DNA of 63,553 bases, filler included, from Choristocarpus tenellus KU-1152 (lineage: Eukaryota; Protista; Phaeophyceae), in the NCBI GenBank assembly GCA_964200185.2. It is 9 parts of 9 records of this genome, joined end to end, with 100 filler letters (N's around TTAATTAATTAA, not from the genome) between each part and the next. Parts side by side here need not be neighbours in the genome. Positions count along the whole stretch, not along the records: positions 6,962 to 17,723 come from CAXNAD020002729.1; positions 17,824 to 24,387 come from CAXNAD020007862.1; positions 24,488 to 29,513 come from CAXNAD020012125.1; 6 more parts are not named here. One strand, written 5' to 3'. Made by a program: the position numbers and the translations under genes. The notes under the pieces are model-generated. The model did no database searches. It was not told the origin of the DNA and saw nothing but the letters and a program-made list of their open reading frames with translations. The first letter of the stretch is position 1. Every line of letters begins with the position of its first letter. This document shows positions 12,000-26,356 of the stretch, piece by piece.

Positions 12000-14900
12000 T
12001 GGTTGGTGATGGTGTGTCAAGATACCACAGTACACATTATTTACGAGTAAGTTCAATTAACGAATGTGACGGTTCAATCCCTACTAGTAAGCTGAATTAT
12101 TGCTCAAGACTAGGGCATCGAATGGGCTATCCTATCTTGGAGGGTGATCTATTCACTCTTTCATTATTTTCAGGGAATAATTTGTCTTCTGTCTGAGATC
12201 GCATTTCTGATCCTTACAATCAAGCCAACCCTTGTTAGGAGGCTGAGGCTGTAGAAAAGCCGACAACTATTGGGCTGCATATGTACAAGATTGTCCTACA
12301 GGGCTCTAGAAGCAAACATACCAGAAGGCAATCATAAGGGTGCCAAGTATTCAATGACTTCCCTTCTAAGATAGAATGGCTCCAGTCCACTCACTCTGTC
12401 TACAAATCGTGGCATCTTTGAGGTGACAACGTAAGCAGGGGATGTGTGTTCAGGTAGTAGTGCAATAATAAGGATGCAATTTCTGGTCAAAGTGCTGGCC
12501 TGCAAAGCCACGATTGAAGAAAGGCAACGAAGTGCATCGCTCACCTCTCGTGAACAGGTGATCTTTGCCGTTTTTTCTCCGTATGTATAGGGCATTGCGT
12601 TCATTGGTAGATATACATTCGCAAAGGCTTTGCCTTCCGTGTTGATAAAGAAACAGGAAGAATAGTACTCTAGGGTTGTGATACTTAAAGGCGTAGAGCT
12701 CACTTCAAATATGTGTTTGTTCTCAAACCGGAAATGTTTCTTGCTGCTTAGTCACAAGAGACCCAAATCAATACTAGCAACCAGCAAATGCCTAACAGAT
12801 ATAGTAGTGGTATTTTCTTCCATCTCAAAGCAAAGCATTGGAGTGTTTAGCAATGGAAGAACTCAAGCAAAAGGGGTAAGGGGAACACTTTGCACAAGGT
12901 TCTGCTCCTTCATATTTTCTAAATTGTGAAGATGATCCTAGTAATGATATGACACAGTAACATAGGATTGAATTAAACAAGACTGCAGAGCTCCAGTAAA
13001 TTGTGCGGTTGGGTCAGACATGGTCTAGCATCAGAATAAGAATATAGGGTACAAGATTGGCCGACAATGAGTTCGTTCTTGTGCCTGAAGGTGTGCAGGT
13101 GTGCAGGCGTGCAGGAACCCTATTTGTAAGATGATGTGCAACTGTTAAAATAGAAAGGGGGGATGATTTGGGGGCAAGTCACTAACAAAATATGGAGAAT
13201 TCCCTATTTCATCTAACTAGGAAATTGGTGGTCAAGAGGACTGAATGATGGTACAGAGGTTATTGCTGACATGTGTTTGGTAATCTCAAAACGTGTCAAA
13301 TGTTTCGATTGGATAGAGATTTTGTACTGCCAACCCAAATTGCCTCTTTAATCGGAAAGGATACTGTTCAAGATTGTGTCCCTTTTTCAACAATCTGTAT
13401 GATTTCTTCTAGGTGAGACTATTTTCTATTTGAGCCTGATTCAACTCACCTTAAAGATTCATTCTATATCAAGACTCTGATCTCAATCCCACTTTGCTTA
13501 ATTTGTCTCAACATTATGTTCTAAGGCCCATCGATCCTCAGTCAGTTTCAGACGATTCTTGACGAAGACGTTATGAAGTTGAAATCTCATTCAAGGATGT
13601 GTGCTCTCGCCCATTTGGTGTGTTCCACCCTGATATTAGTCCTCCCTGGTCTTCCCCTGAAAGTGGAAAGTGCTGAATCCAGAGGGCTCGCTATTGTTGG
13701 GAACATGAAGCAACCTCACTGCAAGAAGGTGTGACTATTGAGATTTTTTTTTTTTATGATAAGCACTCCTGTGTAGCACTAACACATGAGCCTGTACTTG
13801 TACCATTTCCCAATACACGATGATATGTGCATTACTCAGTAGAAAAACTTGACCCCTATTTATTCCCATTTTCCTCATAGTTGCCGTTGGCTCTATCATC
13901 TACAAGTGTGGCCTGGACTGCAGTTGCTGCTTCAACATATAGGCAATCGCATCTATCCTATAGCTCCCTCACCACCACCTTTGACGAGACGGAAGTTACA
14001 TGCTTCCCTTGAAAAAACTTCTTGCTCAAGTTGCAGCAAGCGATATCCTTTAGACGAAGTCTGTTTTCTTAGACTGAGCTCTGCATTGACCTGTGTCCAG
14101 CGCAAGAGTGATGGGAGCACCTTTTGGAAACAAGAAGGGTGGTTTGGTTGTTGGGGGAGGATCTGCAACTTAATGGCCTCCACTCCCTTGCCCTTACGTG
14201 CTCCTGACTATTGTCACAAACTAATTGTTCATTATAGTGCTAGTAATAGTTACACCCAACACTATATTAGATGTATGTTACACAGGCAGTATGATGAGCT
14301 CAAATGTCCAGAATAGTGTCTGGGTTGTGTGTCTCACCCCAACCCTTTCCATGACGAACTGCGCCTAGCACGGTATATATCTCAATACATGTTTTTCCAC
14401 GTTGGGTATGCCAGATTCCAGGTTATCTTTCTGTCTTGACTGATACCTCAAGTTGTCCCAGTTCTGCACCATATATAGCAGTCCTAACCTCATAGGAGAA
14501 AATGTATAGTTCATACTTGCACCCAATTAATTATTATTTCAATTCGATTGAGGCTGTTTATAGGTTCCTGTTCCCTGATTGTTACCTCTTCTATTGCCCT
14601 GGTCCATTGGGTGTCATCCCGTTTTGTGTCTCAACTGTAGTTCAAAGTTTTCTATATCTGCGGTTATGAATAGTTTGCAGATGTTTGTGCGTGAGGTTAG
14701 AGTGCACGGTCATCACTATTTCGAAGCCAACAATGCAGGGAAGGCACTGTTGTCCAGAAATTCTGGCATTGATGCCTTGCCTCATAGTACGTGGTGCACT
14801 ATTCAAAATAGGTAGTGTTGGCTTAGTGAATGTTACCTTCGTCTGCTTATCGTGAACCACTTACGATACTTCTTGTCTTTGAATGGTAGTTATATTTAAT

Positions 14901-17300
14901 GCCCCTTTCCTCTGGCATCCTGTTTCAGATTTGCTATGAATAATGCAAATTGGTACGGTATTTCTGTTACAACACGCTCCAGAACTCACCTCTACAGATG
15001 TACAACTCAAATCCAATGACCTTTGTGGTGGAGAAGACAGATATTTCAGTTCCATATGAGCTAGTCTCATCCCGGTATTTGTGAAATAGTGATATTTAGT
15101 GGTACACTCCACAAAGTGCTCCCTATCTAGGGCAAGCTTCACATGAATTGCTTGTTAAACCTGAGGTGTTGAACTACTTTTCTGTGTGTGTTGACGAGGC
15201 ATTTACCATTATTCTAGCAGTCCTGAGTTATCAAAGTAACCACCTGGTAACTAATGCAAGATAAGAATCAGCTGTCCAACTTTGAAATATATTGTGTGTC
15301 CTTTCTGGTCTTATCGGTTCATATTTAGTTCTTCGCACCCTATTAGCTGCAAGATTGTAGTTATACCTAGTAGTAATATCGCACAGGCAAGAGTGTTGAT
15401 CAGGTGGTTTTGTTTTTGTTACAATAAATCAGTTTTTGATATATAGGTAAATTCTATTTTGCAATTGTATTTAAAGCCAGTACTGTTCTGTGGCACTATT
15501 GTTTGGGTGAGAACTAAGGGAAACTTTTGATGAGCTCATTCCTGTGGTATATTCCACATCTGTGGGCTAGTGGGGGCTACAGTTGTGAAGGTTCCAGAAA
15601 AAGGTAAATAACCTGTTTCTTGTGTATAGGAGAGTGTACATCTTGTTGGGGGGGATGCAGTTGGTAAAGGTTCCAGAAAAGGGTGAAGAACCTGTTTCTT
15701 GTGTATGGGAGAGTGCACATCTTGTTCTGATCACTGAAGGTCATTTGTGGCACTAGGTGAGGTGTTCCTCCCCAGCGTGAATGGAGCTTCCATAGAGGAG
15801 AACACAGTCCATTATCTCTGCGCTTGTTCTTGCTTCTCTTCTGCTTAAAGTTCTGTTCACTTCCTTGACATGTAGAACAGATCCCCTCCCTTCTGACCAA
15901 AATATTTAAAGGTGTATGAACGGAACCCACTTGAGTTTCCTGAGGGCAGCTCACATACATGCTTTGGGGACTTACCCCTTTCGGTGGAGGTGAGAAGATA
16001 TTTCTTTGATTGAACACATATTCTTAATCCTAAACCTTTCTGTATTGGAGAGGAGTGCATTTTACTGGCCAACGCTGACTTCTTGAACTTCCATTCGTTT
16101 AAAGTAGGTATTTTTGAGCTTGTGCTACTCAAGAGGAAATGTAGACTATACGCTAACTATTTATACCCCCTTCATGTTAAAAGTCAAGGCAAACATGGCA
16201 GCTATCACTTCATCTTTAGATATTTTCTATCCACTTCCAACAATACAACTCAGCTAAGATTCATGAACCCTCTCTTTTGGTTGGGCGCATTGTTAGATAT
16301 ACGATAGTCAGCAAGAATTTTAGTGAACACATCAGCTCATTCAGTACCATCTGGAATGTCGGCATTAGATGTCACCATCTACAAACAGTGATGGACTTTG
16401 CCATGACGAAATAATAATGTATCCTTTAATCTGTTTCAAATCTCCTGTAAGACCCACCTGTCTGATACCTTGTGCCCTCTTGATAGTTTGGGGCTACACA
16501 TAAATCAGGCACTGAGTTCGCAAACCAAGTCCGTAAATCAATAGCACTCTACTGTGGAAAGGTTGCACACTTAGAAAGAAAGCAAGAGCAGCAGCCCGGG
16601 GATTGGAAATGCGGCACCGGCATAGAACGCTTGAGGTGCGCTGACTACAATGCTGTGATAATCCCTTTGGAAGTACAGTCAACTCTATGGCGGATCTAAA
16701 TTTGCTCATCAGAAGGTCAAGACTTTGGGAACTCCATGCTTATAAACTTTTGTGATATTGTCTCAAACACTTTCTCTTTCAAATCTTTGCCATTGTGCTT
16801 ATGTCGTGATGCACACAGGGCAATTATGTTTGATCGTCCATACCTATATCCCCCGTACCTAGTCCTGGTCATTCGTTGCCTGTATATTATGCTATTATCC
16901 GCCTGTCAGCTCTCTTGGGATAGGCCACTATGTGGTATTGCACAACATCTTTACTTGGACCCTTTTTGGAGGGCCTCTCTCCAAATTTGACAAACTTTCG
17001 ATTTCCATTATTGACTCAGACTCTGGAGGCTGGTCGAACGATAATACCATGTGATACTGATAATACCATGTGATACTGTTTACAATAAAAGTGTTACCCA
17101 TTCGACACATACGGTAAACGAATTCCTACGTAGTCATATTGTACAGCCGACCATCCAGTATCCTACTTTGAAGTGCTGATCCCCCATAGCTCTATGGTCC
17201 GATTTTGTGCGTGCGGTCTTTTCTTCATGGACTGTTCCAAAGTGAATGGACATACATTCCAATTGATGGATTTTTCATTACCTGTGCTTCAGTGACATCT
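12000..17300 (-). mobile_element. Highly decayed Ty3/Gypsy LTR-retrotransposon pol remnants (probably more than one copy)
   Basis: Minus-strand relics in Gypsy order. RT-like SNA/TFQMVLNELMCSLKFLLTIVYL (~16300-16380; cf. NAPATFQ...VYLDD). Integrase-like VVHDKQTKV (~14840) and HP..G...E (~14600). GPY/F-like FVMERVG...AHHTACV (~14290-14370). RNase H-like LIVGQSCTLYS (~13050). Confidence 0.55.
15577..15728. repeat. ~78-bp tandem duplication
   Basis: cagttg..aaggttccagaaaa.ggt.aa.aacctgtttcttgtgtat.ggagagtg.acatcttgtt occurs twice. Confidence 0.85.
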
Positions 17301-17314
17301 AAATCTCCGCTCTT

Positions 17315-17589
17315 GGCCCATAGTATCCTAGAGGGGGAGTCAGGCCACCATTCAGGGCCTGTGGGAGCCTATGGTTATTTTCATGTTTTCTGAGTGAACG
17401 TGTCAAATGTAAGGAAGGTAATTTCCTACATCTGAAATGCACCTTCCTTTCCATCCCCTTGACCAAACCAAAATCCGAAGGAAAATCATCCTAAAAACAG
17501 TCATCACACTAGGGTATCTTACAACCCCCCATCAAGCCCTGAATAGACGACATGCCCTAAACACCTATCTCTCTAAGATATTATGGATC
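17315..17589 (+). mobile_element. MITE family C (~275 bp; TIR GGCCCATAGTATCTTAGAG)
   Basis: Ends ggcccatagtatcctagag...ctctaagatattatggatc. A partial inverted copy starts at 24796 (shares gcaccttccttt/aaaggaaggtgc); related end near 43655. Confidence 0.7.
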
Positions 17590-17927
17590 TTTTGAACTTT
17601 TCCCAAGAATTTTCTGTGATGAACTGCAATTTGAGCATGTTGCTATACTTCTTCTATGACATTGAAGGGCGTATTCAATTGCTGAGACACAAAGTATCTG
17701 GGAGGGGGGGGGGGGGCTACACCNNNNNNNNNNNNNNNNNNNNNNNNNNNNNNNNNNNNNNNNNNNNTTAATTAATTAANNNNNNNNNNNNNNNNNNNNN
17801 NNNNNNNNNNNNNNNNNNNNNNNTCCGATCACCCCCAGATACTTTGATCCAGGAGGCACAATGTTGACACCCAACATACGTAAGAAAAATCAAAATGTCG
17901 TGTTATTATTAGTTTTTTTTTATCATT

Positions 17928-19700
17928 GCTCACTTTTAATCCGGAACTTCTCCATTGCGTCCACACTACCTAACCCGTTGGCCCTTGATCAGATGGCAGT
18001 GCACACTGTATCATTTCTTCTACCCTACGACCTACTTTTTGCCCTACAATTCATTGCACTGCCCTGTCCCTGCCTTGATTTTTTCTCGTGTGTTGGGCTT
18101 GGCAGTGCCGCCACTAACACCCCGGACTACCTCCTGGAATCTGGTGCGTAGTCCCTCCGACCCCAACGAACCTTCATCAACCACATTCAGATCCTTCCGT
18201 GCGTCCCTCTTAGTGGTGTAGTAGCGTTAGATTGGTGGTTTGGCATAAGATAGTAAGGTGCAGGTGTACGTTTTATACTAGTACTATAGTAGGATTCGTT
18301 GTTTTTGGACAAACCTTGTTATTGTGGGAATTTGCCTGCTTCAATTCTTGTGCCACACAATAAATAATCGTAGTTAGTCTGGTCCTTGCCGCTGTGTACA
18401 TATGCAATACCTCACACTCTGTAACAACAGTGTGCACCACTCGCACCTTCCTCTCTGTGTTTGAATGGCTGTCCCAATGGGTATTGAGGACTTCTGACAT
18501 CACAACAAGGGTGCTTCAGTGTCACTCTTTTTTGGCAGCGCCACCATATTTGTGACTAACTCATCCAAATACCATACACAAAAAATATACGAACACCCTG
18601 TTGTTGTTGCTAATTTTGCTTGCCCGTATGATACATGGTATTTTCAAGCAAGGGAAATTAATTAGTTTCCTTTTTTTTAGTTCTACGTATTGTGGAAAGT
18701 TTGTGGTGGAGATGGTTAGTGGTTTTTCAGGGCTGCAACACTGACCTGCTCGGTCTTAGCGAAAAAGAGAAAGTGCAAGTAAATGAGAGCTTCTTATTCG
18801 CCAACTGTATCTAATTGTATTTAATAGTAAAGGAAAAACATATATTTAACATATGGCTGTTGATTCAGAGATTGACCAAGCTACTCCCAAGTTTGGAGGT
18901 CTACAAGATTCAGAAGGATAATTGTGTTATGGATCCCGACATTGGTCGGAGGCTGAAGGGGAATTCTAGCTGCAAATGTGCCAACAATGTCGACGACCTA
19001 CGAGGTGTCCACGAAATTATTTCCATAATTAATCTCACTAACCACCGCGCCCTGCCTTTCGGCTGTGTATCTCTCAATCCACTCTGCATGACAGCATGAT
19101 GAATAACCTTGGTTTGAGGGCATGTTCAACCTGTTATCTTAAGTCATACCTTACTGATGAGTGCAAGCTACAAAGGCTAAGATGGGGTGCCGGCGTCCGT
19201 TTTTGACCTCCTGCATCCCACCACTGGACACCTGTTGGATGAGACCTCCTCCCTCCTTAAAAAGATGATGGAGGTGAGTCTAATCTCCACAGGAGGAATC
19301 CTGGCATGCTGTTTCTAAGGGTTGTATGGAGGCCCATGCGTTGGCCCCTTGCCCTCACTGGCTCCAATGGCGGGTTAGAGCTAATGAACAACTTTCCCTC
19401 CCTTGTTCCTCTGATTCGTTTAGAAGGGTTTGCCAGTCTTCATCAAAAAATGTGTGGAATCGGATCCTGTTAAAAAGGCGGGTGATTTCATGCTGTGCCC
19501 TCCTTGTAATCCTGCCATCATGAGGTGCCATAGTAAGAATTTTATGCCACATCTTATTTTCTTCCTGAGCATCATCTCGTCAACACAACACCAACGTTCT
19601 ACCTCCTTGATTACCTTCTTCACTTCATCTCTCACTCACTTCAACTTCGTGCTCGTTCCACCAAGCATGATGCAAACAGTGGCCCGGACAACGTCCACTG
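17928..19700 (-). mobile_element. Decayed CRE-like non-LTR retrotransposon fragments
   Basis: Pre-RT motif WHKILTMAP...RIRFHTFFDEDWQTLLNES (19355-19552) and a 3' REL-like VVDEGSLGSEG..RFQEV (~18130-18190). Confidence 0.5.
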
Positions 19701-19997
19701 GCAGATTATTGAGGGCTTACTTCTAGCCTATTTATCATTTTTATACCTTGCTCATTTCGATACAGCAGTGCTGTGTCACACATTTCAAGGCTAGTATGTT
19801 AGGTTTTCCTTTGCCCGACCTCACAGAAAGCATGGCCTTTGAATAATCTCACTTCCTCGCTCATGTTCAAAGCGAACTAGTTGCCCTTGGAAAGTACCTC
19901 AATGCAACAGGCCTTGGTGGCAGAGGCGCTGCGTGTCAAAATAGTTGTATGGATTCCCCATTCCAAGCACTCCCAGTATTCTTTCCTAGACAATAGC

Positions 19998-20523
19998 CGG
20001 CATGGCCTCGGCTTGACCATACATGCTCTCTTTGGTGTGCATCCTGAACGAACTTGCACATTTTCTACCACAACCTAAAGCATTTAAGAGGGCAGGGGTT
20101 TTGCCCTGTTTGTCCGTTTGGGGCTTGGCTTCCCACGGATTTTTTATGCACGTTTTCGGTTTTCTGTTTGAATACAGTTAACTCAAATGTATACAACTAT
20201 GAAAGGTGTGTCCAGAGCAAGAATATTGACACCTGCTAGCAAACACGACAGCCAAAATTAATCATAGTCGCAATATTGGGTTTATGATCCCGAACGGGTG
20301 CGCAGCCCTTCCCTCATAAATGGTTTGACTCCACGGTAACAGAGATGACACAGATCTTGCTGTTGATCTGTGTCCACTCAATCACTCCTGATATTCTGTC
20401 GTACACAACAGCCGTCACGGCCTCGGCTTGACCGTACATGCTCCCTTTGGTGTGAATCCTGAACGGACTTAAGCCTTTTCTACCACTGTAAGAGAGATGA
20501 CACATATCCTGTTGTTGATCTGT
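19998..20523. repeat. Local direct duplications (~75 bp at 19998 and 20411; ~33 bp at 20339 and 20491)
   Basis: ggcctcggcttgacc.tacatgctc.ctttggtgtg.atcctgaacg.act twice; agagatgacaca.atc.tg.tgttgatctgt twice. Confidence 0.75.
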
Positions 20524-21029
20524 TATTCCACATCATGCAGATTAACTGTCCCATCTATAGCAACAAGCTTAGTTATAGTATAAGCAGACTGACAGGGCCC
20601 CTCCAAAAATTCACTTGTAAGGAGTTTATGCCATGTACTGCTGTTATCGCCAGTGTGAAATGAGTGGAAACCGGAAGACATGTCCTTCAGATTGAAGGGG
20701 AGAGGGAAGACTGACAGGAGGAATGGAAAGGAGAGAGACAAGGCAGGCAAGTAGGTAAGCCTCAGAAGGTCACTCAGGAAAGGAGTGACAACGTAAGTGA
20801 ATGGGGGGGGGCTTGTGAGTTCCATTCAATGACCCGATATGACGTCATTGTGGAGCAATGGTTATGCAATATAAGGAAACATAATTTGAGGTATACCTTC
20901 TAAAGGACGGGCACTCTAAGAGGTATACCTTGGCACGAAGGTGAGTATTCCACTACTATTAGTATATATGTATTGGGAAGTAAACCTTTACCAGCGCTAA
21001 ACAACATAAACCAACACGCAAATATTAAT

Positions 21030-21280
21030 TTGTGACGGAGGGTGTACACACCAGATTCGAGGGAGGATATGGAGGGAGGAATTGTGGAACGGTTGACTCC
21101 AACGCGCGAGAAAGAATCAAGACAAGCAGAGAGGGTAGTGCAAATACATGTGCATCGAATAGTTCGTAGGGTGGGAGAAAGAGTACAGTGGGCACTGCCA
21201 TCTGACCACAGGTCAAGGGACTACAGTAGGTAGGGTGAAGGTGATGGAGAACGAGTTCTTAGAGTAAAGTGAGAAAATAA
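21030..21280 (+). mobile_element. Diverged inverted homolog of 17928-18170 (probable retroelement 3' end)
   Basis: Reverse complement aligns with 17928-18170 (cagatggcagtgc.cactgta, ccctacga.cta, gaatctggtg.gta..ccctccg). Confidence 0.65.
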
Positions 21281-22599
21281 CATGTATAAACTGAGGATGA
21301 TCACTATAGCAAACCCATATCCGTGCATGTCCCTGGTTGATTGTTTATACATATTTCTCAAGTCTTCGTTTACCTTTTCTATTTTATTTTCATTTTTGAA
21401 ATTGTTGGTGCCGCTTACTTCCTTCTATAGAGGTAAGGACTGTCTGTTGTACAACAATTGTTGAGAGAGGGGTGTGTGGTCCAAAAATAGGTTGGAGAAA
21501 TAATTCCTGCGTCAATATTTGTATTACTGGTCTAGAAGAGGAACCCCAAGCAGTCAAGAAGACCCTGTCACTGACATGCGTGATATGGAGGCGGTGATGT
21601 GCGACACAATTTCTGGGGAGTTGTAAAATGATTGGTACGATTTTCCTACTTTAAAAAAAAATCATTCAGCTATGCCTCCTGACATTCTCACCGCGCACAC
21701 ATACGATTTTGAACCAATAATCTCCACTATCTATGTGCACATACTTGAGTGTAACTTTGCTTTCAATATGCTGTACACATTCTTATAGTTCGCAAGGAAA
21801 GGCCAAACAAAACTGACAGTTGGACTTGTAGAACATGTAGTGGCCATGGTTCAGACATGCAAGGGGAAAAATGAGACTGGCTGGTCGGTCGACACGGACC
21901 GTAACAATACCCAGTGGACACGGTCTGGACATGTCAGAGAATATTTGACCTGGTCCGACCAGGGGACATAGACCAGTTTAATACTTTGTGGACATGGAAC
22001 AGGACATGCTGAATAATTGTGGGACCGGTCTGACTGGCCTACAACTTTTTTCATTTGCTGGCCTGGTGAAAAGCCCTGTAATTAAAGCACTTACTTCATG
22101 CTAGACGTAAAAATTGAGACAGGGCAAAAGTTCCGTCAGGTAAAAACAAAATGAACATAAAACGAGTAAGCCAAAATTGAAAAGCCTTCAAAGGAAAGGA
22201 AGTGTACTCTTGTTGGCTGATCCTTCACCATCGTCACCAAAATAACTCAACTACCTGACTGTTAAGAACTTCTTTGAGTTATGTTCGCAATACGGCCTTC
22301 TGATTTTGGCGATCTCCTCATCACATAATATAATTACTCCAACTTGCCCCGTGAAACCTGAGCCCAAGTAAAGAACCACTAATGCCTCACACAGAACTTT
22401 CGTGATTGTGGTATGTCTACAATATTATGTTATAAATGGAGTGGCACAGGTTGCAATTGACTTCCCACCCTTTAACCCTTGCCTGCTGCCCTTGAAACAA
22501 GTAATATAATCATAATACATCCGCAGTCAGTCACCGCATTTGCACGACAAAAAAATAAGTGTACAGTCACATGTGGCTCAGGATAAGAAAAAAAATGGG

Positions 22600-24350
22600 T
22601 ACAGTAAGGAAGCCATCGTCGCATCTTCGCATCTAAGGGAAGAGGACTTCAAAACCAGCAGGCCTCTTGGATTCCACGAAGAGCAATCATCCGCCCAAAA
22701 GAAGAATTTTCCGCACAGCTTTTGCTGCTCCATGAAAGCAAAACAGAGTAGTCAATAGGACCTAAAATTCGCCCTCCTACATATTCATTTTTCTACCAGA
22801 CGTGTACACCAATTCTAATGCACAATAATATAAATTGCAGTGCCACACGTCTCATGCTAGCCCCTCATAATACCACTGCCAACAATCACCAAAGGGATAT
22901 CACAGAGGACTTGCTCTCTTCGCTCTGTCAGTTTCACAAGAAAAGTAAGCAAAACACCAGGACAAGGTGTTTTGCACCCTGCTCCCACAGGACAAACCTA
23001 TCACCACTACACCTCAGCTCTGTTGTGTGCAGGTGCACTAGATATCAGGCATCATCCAGAGCTCTTATATTCCACTAGTCACACTGCTGCTACAGCAAGC
23101 ACAGCCAGGAAAGAGGACGCACCACTCTGAATGCCTTTATAGTATTGTACAAGGAAGTGCCAATGAGTTAAACCTCCCCCATGGCGTCCACTACTTCGTG
23201 CAACCAGCGCAGTATTCAAACAAAATCAAATCTACAGTACCTTCTGCGCTCATCCTGCACCACCTCCCCCCTCCTGTCCTCCTCACCCTGCTAGGCAACA
23301 GCACAAGTGCTATAAATTGTAGATAGCTAGGACCCATCTTCACTTGCTACAAGTTGAAAAACTCCAGCAGCAGAAGAAAACTACTTTGTAGCCAACAAAC
23401 ATGAGCAGGATAGGGAGTAGGGAGGATGAGGTTGTGGCAGACACCACAAATACATAAGAGGCCAAAAACGATAACCATGTTGATAAACCTCTTACCACAT
23501 ACAAATTACCCCCCTCCCTGCCTTTCCCCTTTTGAAATATAGTGATAACAATGATGCCACATACACACACATTAATTCATTCCCCTAACAGAGAAGGACA
23601 AAATAAAGGGTGGGGGGAACAGGCAGTGAGAAACAAATACCACACTGAAAAAATTTGAGAACAAATGAACAAGCAAACTATCAAAGAATACAAAAAAGCT
23701 TCGCTGAGTGAAACAAGAGCATACACAACCCATGTAAACCAACAATGAGCATGTGCCCCATCCATCTGTCTATGCACTGCACACAAGTGATTTCCACAGC
23801 CAAACAGTGCAAGAGAGTTGTGGAGAGGGCAAACAAGAGCAATTCAGCTCTGTAAGGCAAAAAAAAAAGTGACCAATAATGGCAACCAATGTGTTCGCAA
23901 ATGACTAAATGAAATACCAAACAAAGACAACTGTTGGGCCCAAGTCTCCCCTGCGTAGAATGACCAGAGTCATCCACATGTGCAGGACCACGAAGAAGTG
24001 TTCCAAGGAAAGTAGAACAGCCCAGTTGGACAAACAATCCCTGCCAGCAAGTAACACACCTGTAGATGCACACTTTGCCTGACCTTGGCTATCATAACCA
24101 TAGGACATGATTCAACGATCTATCCCCAATCCAACAACTTTTATTGACTGCCCAATGTATTACAGTTGAAGGAACTAGGAAGTATCTTCTAACCTTGCAA
24201 TCACATCAAAGCATTTCAGGATCCGCATGTGGCTTTGTATGGTCCTCCCATCCATCACATGCAGTCTCTACAGTCCCGGATGAGTCAATCTCATCTCAGT
24301 AGTATCTCCAACACCATGGTTACACATCTCAAGAAAGTCACGATACGCAC
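22600..24350 (-). mobile_element. Decayed CRE-like non-LTR retrotransposon (RT to REL endonuclease)
   Basis: Ordered relics NAF/DVIAR (~24200), STQGRLGPNSCLCLVFH (~23930; cf. QGDPLGPxLF), LLPSRVRRTGG (~23290), GASSFLAV (~23110) and EQQK...FVES (~22700). Confidence 0.6.
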
Positions 24351-26142
24351 TTACTGTGTTCTCCCCTTCCTCCCCCCCCCCCTCCCCNNNNNNNNNNNNN
24401 NNNNNNNNNNNNNNNNNNNNNNNNNNNNNNNTTAATTAATTAANNNNNNNNNNNNNNNNNNNNNNNNNNNNNNNNNNNNNNNNNNNNGTAACTACAAAAA
24501 CAGACAAAAAAGCGGCATCTTAACCGCGACCCAGCGCCCCAACCACCTGCCCCCCCCCCCCCCCCCCCCAGGTACTTTGATCCTTTTCGCTTTTTCTCGG
24601 GATCCTTAAAATGCAACCCTGCCTACCTCTCAGTTGCTTTGTTGATGAGTGTGATAGACACTGTTACGTTTGCTAAAATAAACCAAAATGAACCCTTTTA
24701 GAAATGCCCGCGATGACATCTGTATACACTCACTAAAATGTTCATCTAAGAAATGGAGAGATGATGTGATCGTATTGCAGACATGGTATCAATATGGCCC
24801 ATAGTATCTTAGAGGGGGGAGGGTGTTTACCGCGATTGGTCCATTTTGGGGACTTGATGGGGTGTTGTAAGATTCCCCAGTTTGATACCTGCTTTACAGG
24901 TGATTTTTCTTCGGATTTAAGTCTAGGCATGGGGATATAAAAGGAAGGTGCACAGTGGAGAGAGTCGGGTATTACGCGTACTTTTGTCTCAGAGAATAAA
25001 TATTACATTTCAACAGCTTGATATTGATGTGCAGAATGGGCAAAGCAAAACCGCCCTCACCCTCTCCATCAGGGACTCTTAGAAGATGCACTTACCTATT
25101 GTTGTGGCATAAATAAAACATCTGTGGTGACTATAATATGGTTTCCTCACCTCCAAAATATGACGTACTTACGTACGCGCGTGTTACACAATAATATGAC
25201 GTTTACAATGAAACGATCATCCCAACATGCCCAATGATAAAACATTTCAAGCAGAAAGACTAAAGGTCTACTATGTTCCAGAACGTTTGGATCACGTAGT
25301 ATACTACGCACGATGGTGGAGGGACTTACCCCGTTGTTGAGCTGACCAAGCGTCGCGTTGTCTCCCATGACCACAGACAAGTAAAATTACGCGAGAGTTA
25401 TGGAGGGAGGCATTTTTAGGATACTAAAAAATATATGCAAATTTCGGCGTTTGGTACAAATAGGTGTAGGGAATTTTCTAAATTCTGTCGAAAAAATTCA
25501 ACAATTGAGAAATCAACGCTCTCAAATCAGTCTTAGTACTTCATCCATAGAAAAACGGGTGAATCCCAAAAGATTTAAAAAAAAAGGGGTCTAAAATGCA
25601 AAAACGGACAAAACCTGCGTACCTCTCATTTACTTTGGTTCAATGCTTCGGAATATCTATCTCTGGATGCACCGTGCAATAACCAAAACGGCTGCATACC
25701 GAGGACAGTGGAGCATGACATGGTCTAAAACGATAAACTGCTCTGTGGGTTGTCCAGAACGTGAGACGATATGGGTGTCCATTCTCATGCTCTCCTTGAC
25801 CTTTCTCCTCAGTCAATTTGTGGTAAACATGAAAATAATAGATCACCTTGAATTAATTTAGTCACGTAGCACCATATAACAGATCACATCATCGGTAGTT
25901 GGAAGGATCTAAGCGTTCATGCTGGGTCATTGAATGCTCGTTATTATGAAACAAGGTGATGAAGTTGGAAGCAAGTGTAAGCCTTGAGTACACTCTGATC
26001 CAAAAATACCCCTCTAAGATATTTTGACTCTAATAGTAGAAGTTGTGCGCACCATTTCTTTGATGCAGTAAGTGGGTCAAAGTATCTGGGGGGAGGTGCC
26101 GGCGTCCGTTTTTGACCCTGTGGTAGTCGTGACGTTTACCTA

Positions 26143-26356
26143 TAACAGCCGATTTCAAAAATTGAGGATGGAGCTTTTCATTGAGGATGGGCTTGAACCA
26201 AAATTGACTGGGATAAAGTGTCGATATGTTTCATTAAAAAAAATATGAAACAATGAAAAAAAAATTGAACCATATCGACACTTTATCCCAGTCAATTTTG
26301 GGTCAAGCCCATCCTCAATGAAAAGCTCCATCCTCAATTTTTGAAATCAGCTGTTC
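26143..26356. mobile_element. Near-perfect foldback element (~90-bp arms, ~30-bp A-rich loop)
   Basis: aacagccgatttcaaaaattgaggatggagcttttcattgaggatgggcttgaaccaaaattgactgggataaagtgtcgatatg is followed by its reverse complement ending gaaatcagctgtt. Confidence 0.9.

Noticed and set aside
17928-21280. Inverted pair 17928-18170 / 21030-21280 as TIRs of one 3.3-kb element
   Set aside because: The arms are strongly diverged, look like retroelement 3' ends and have no TSD; two independent insertions are more likely.
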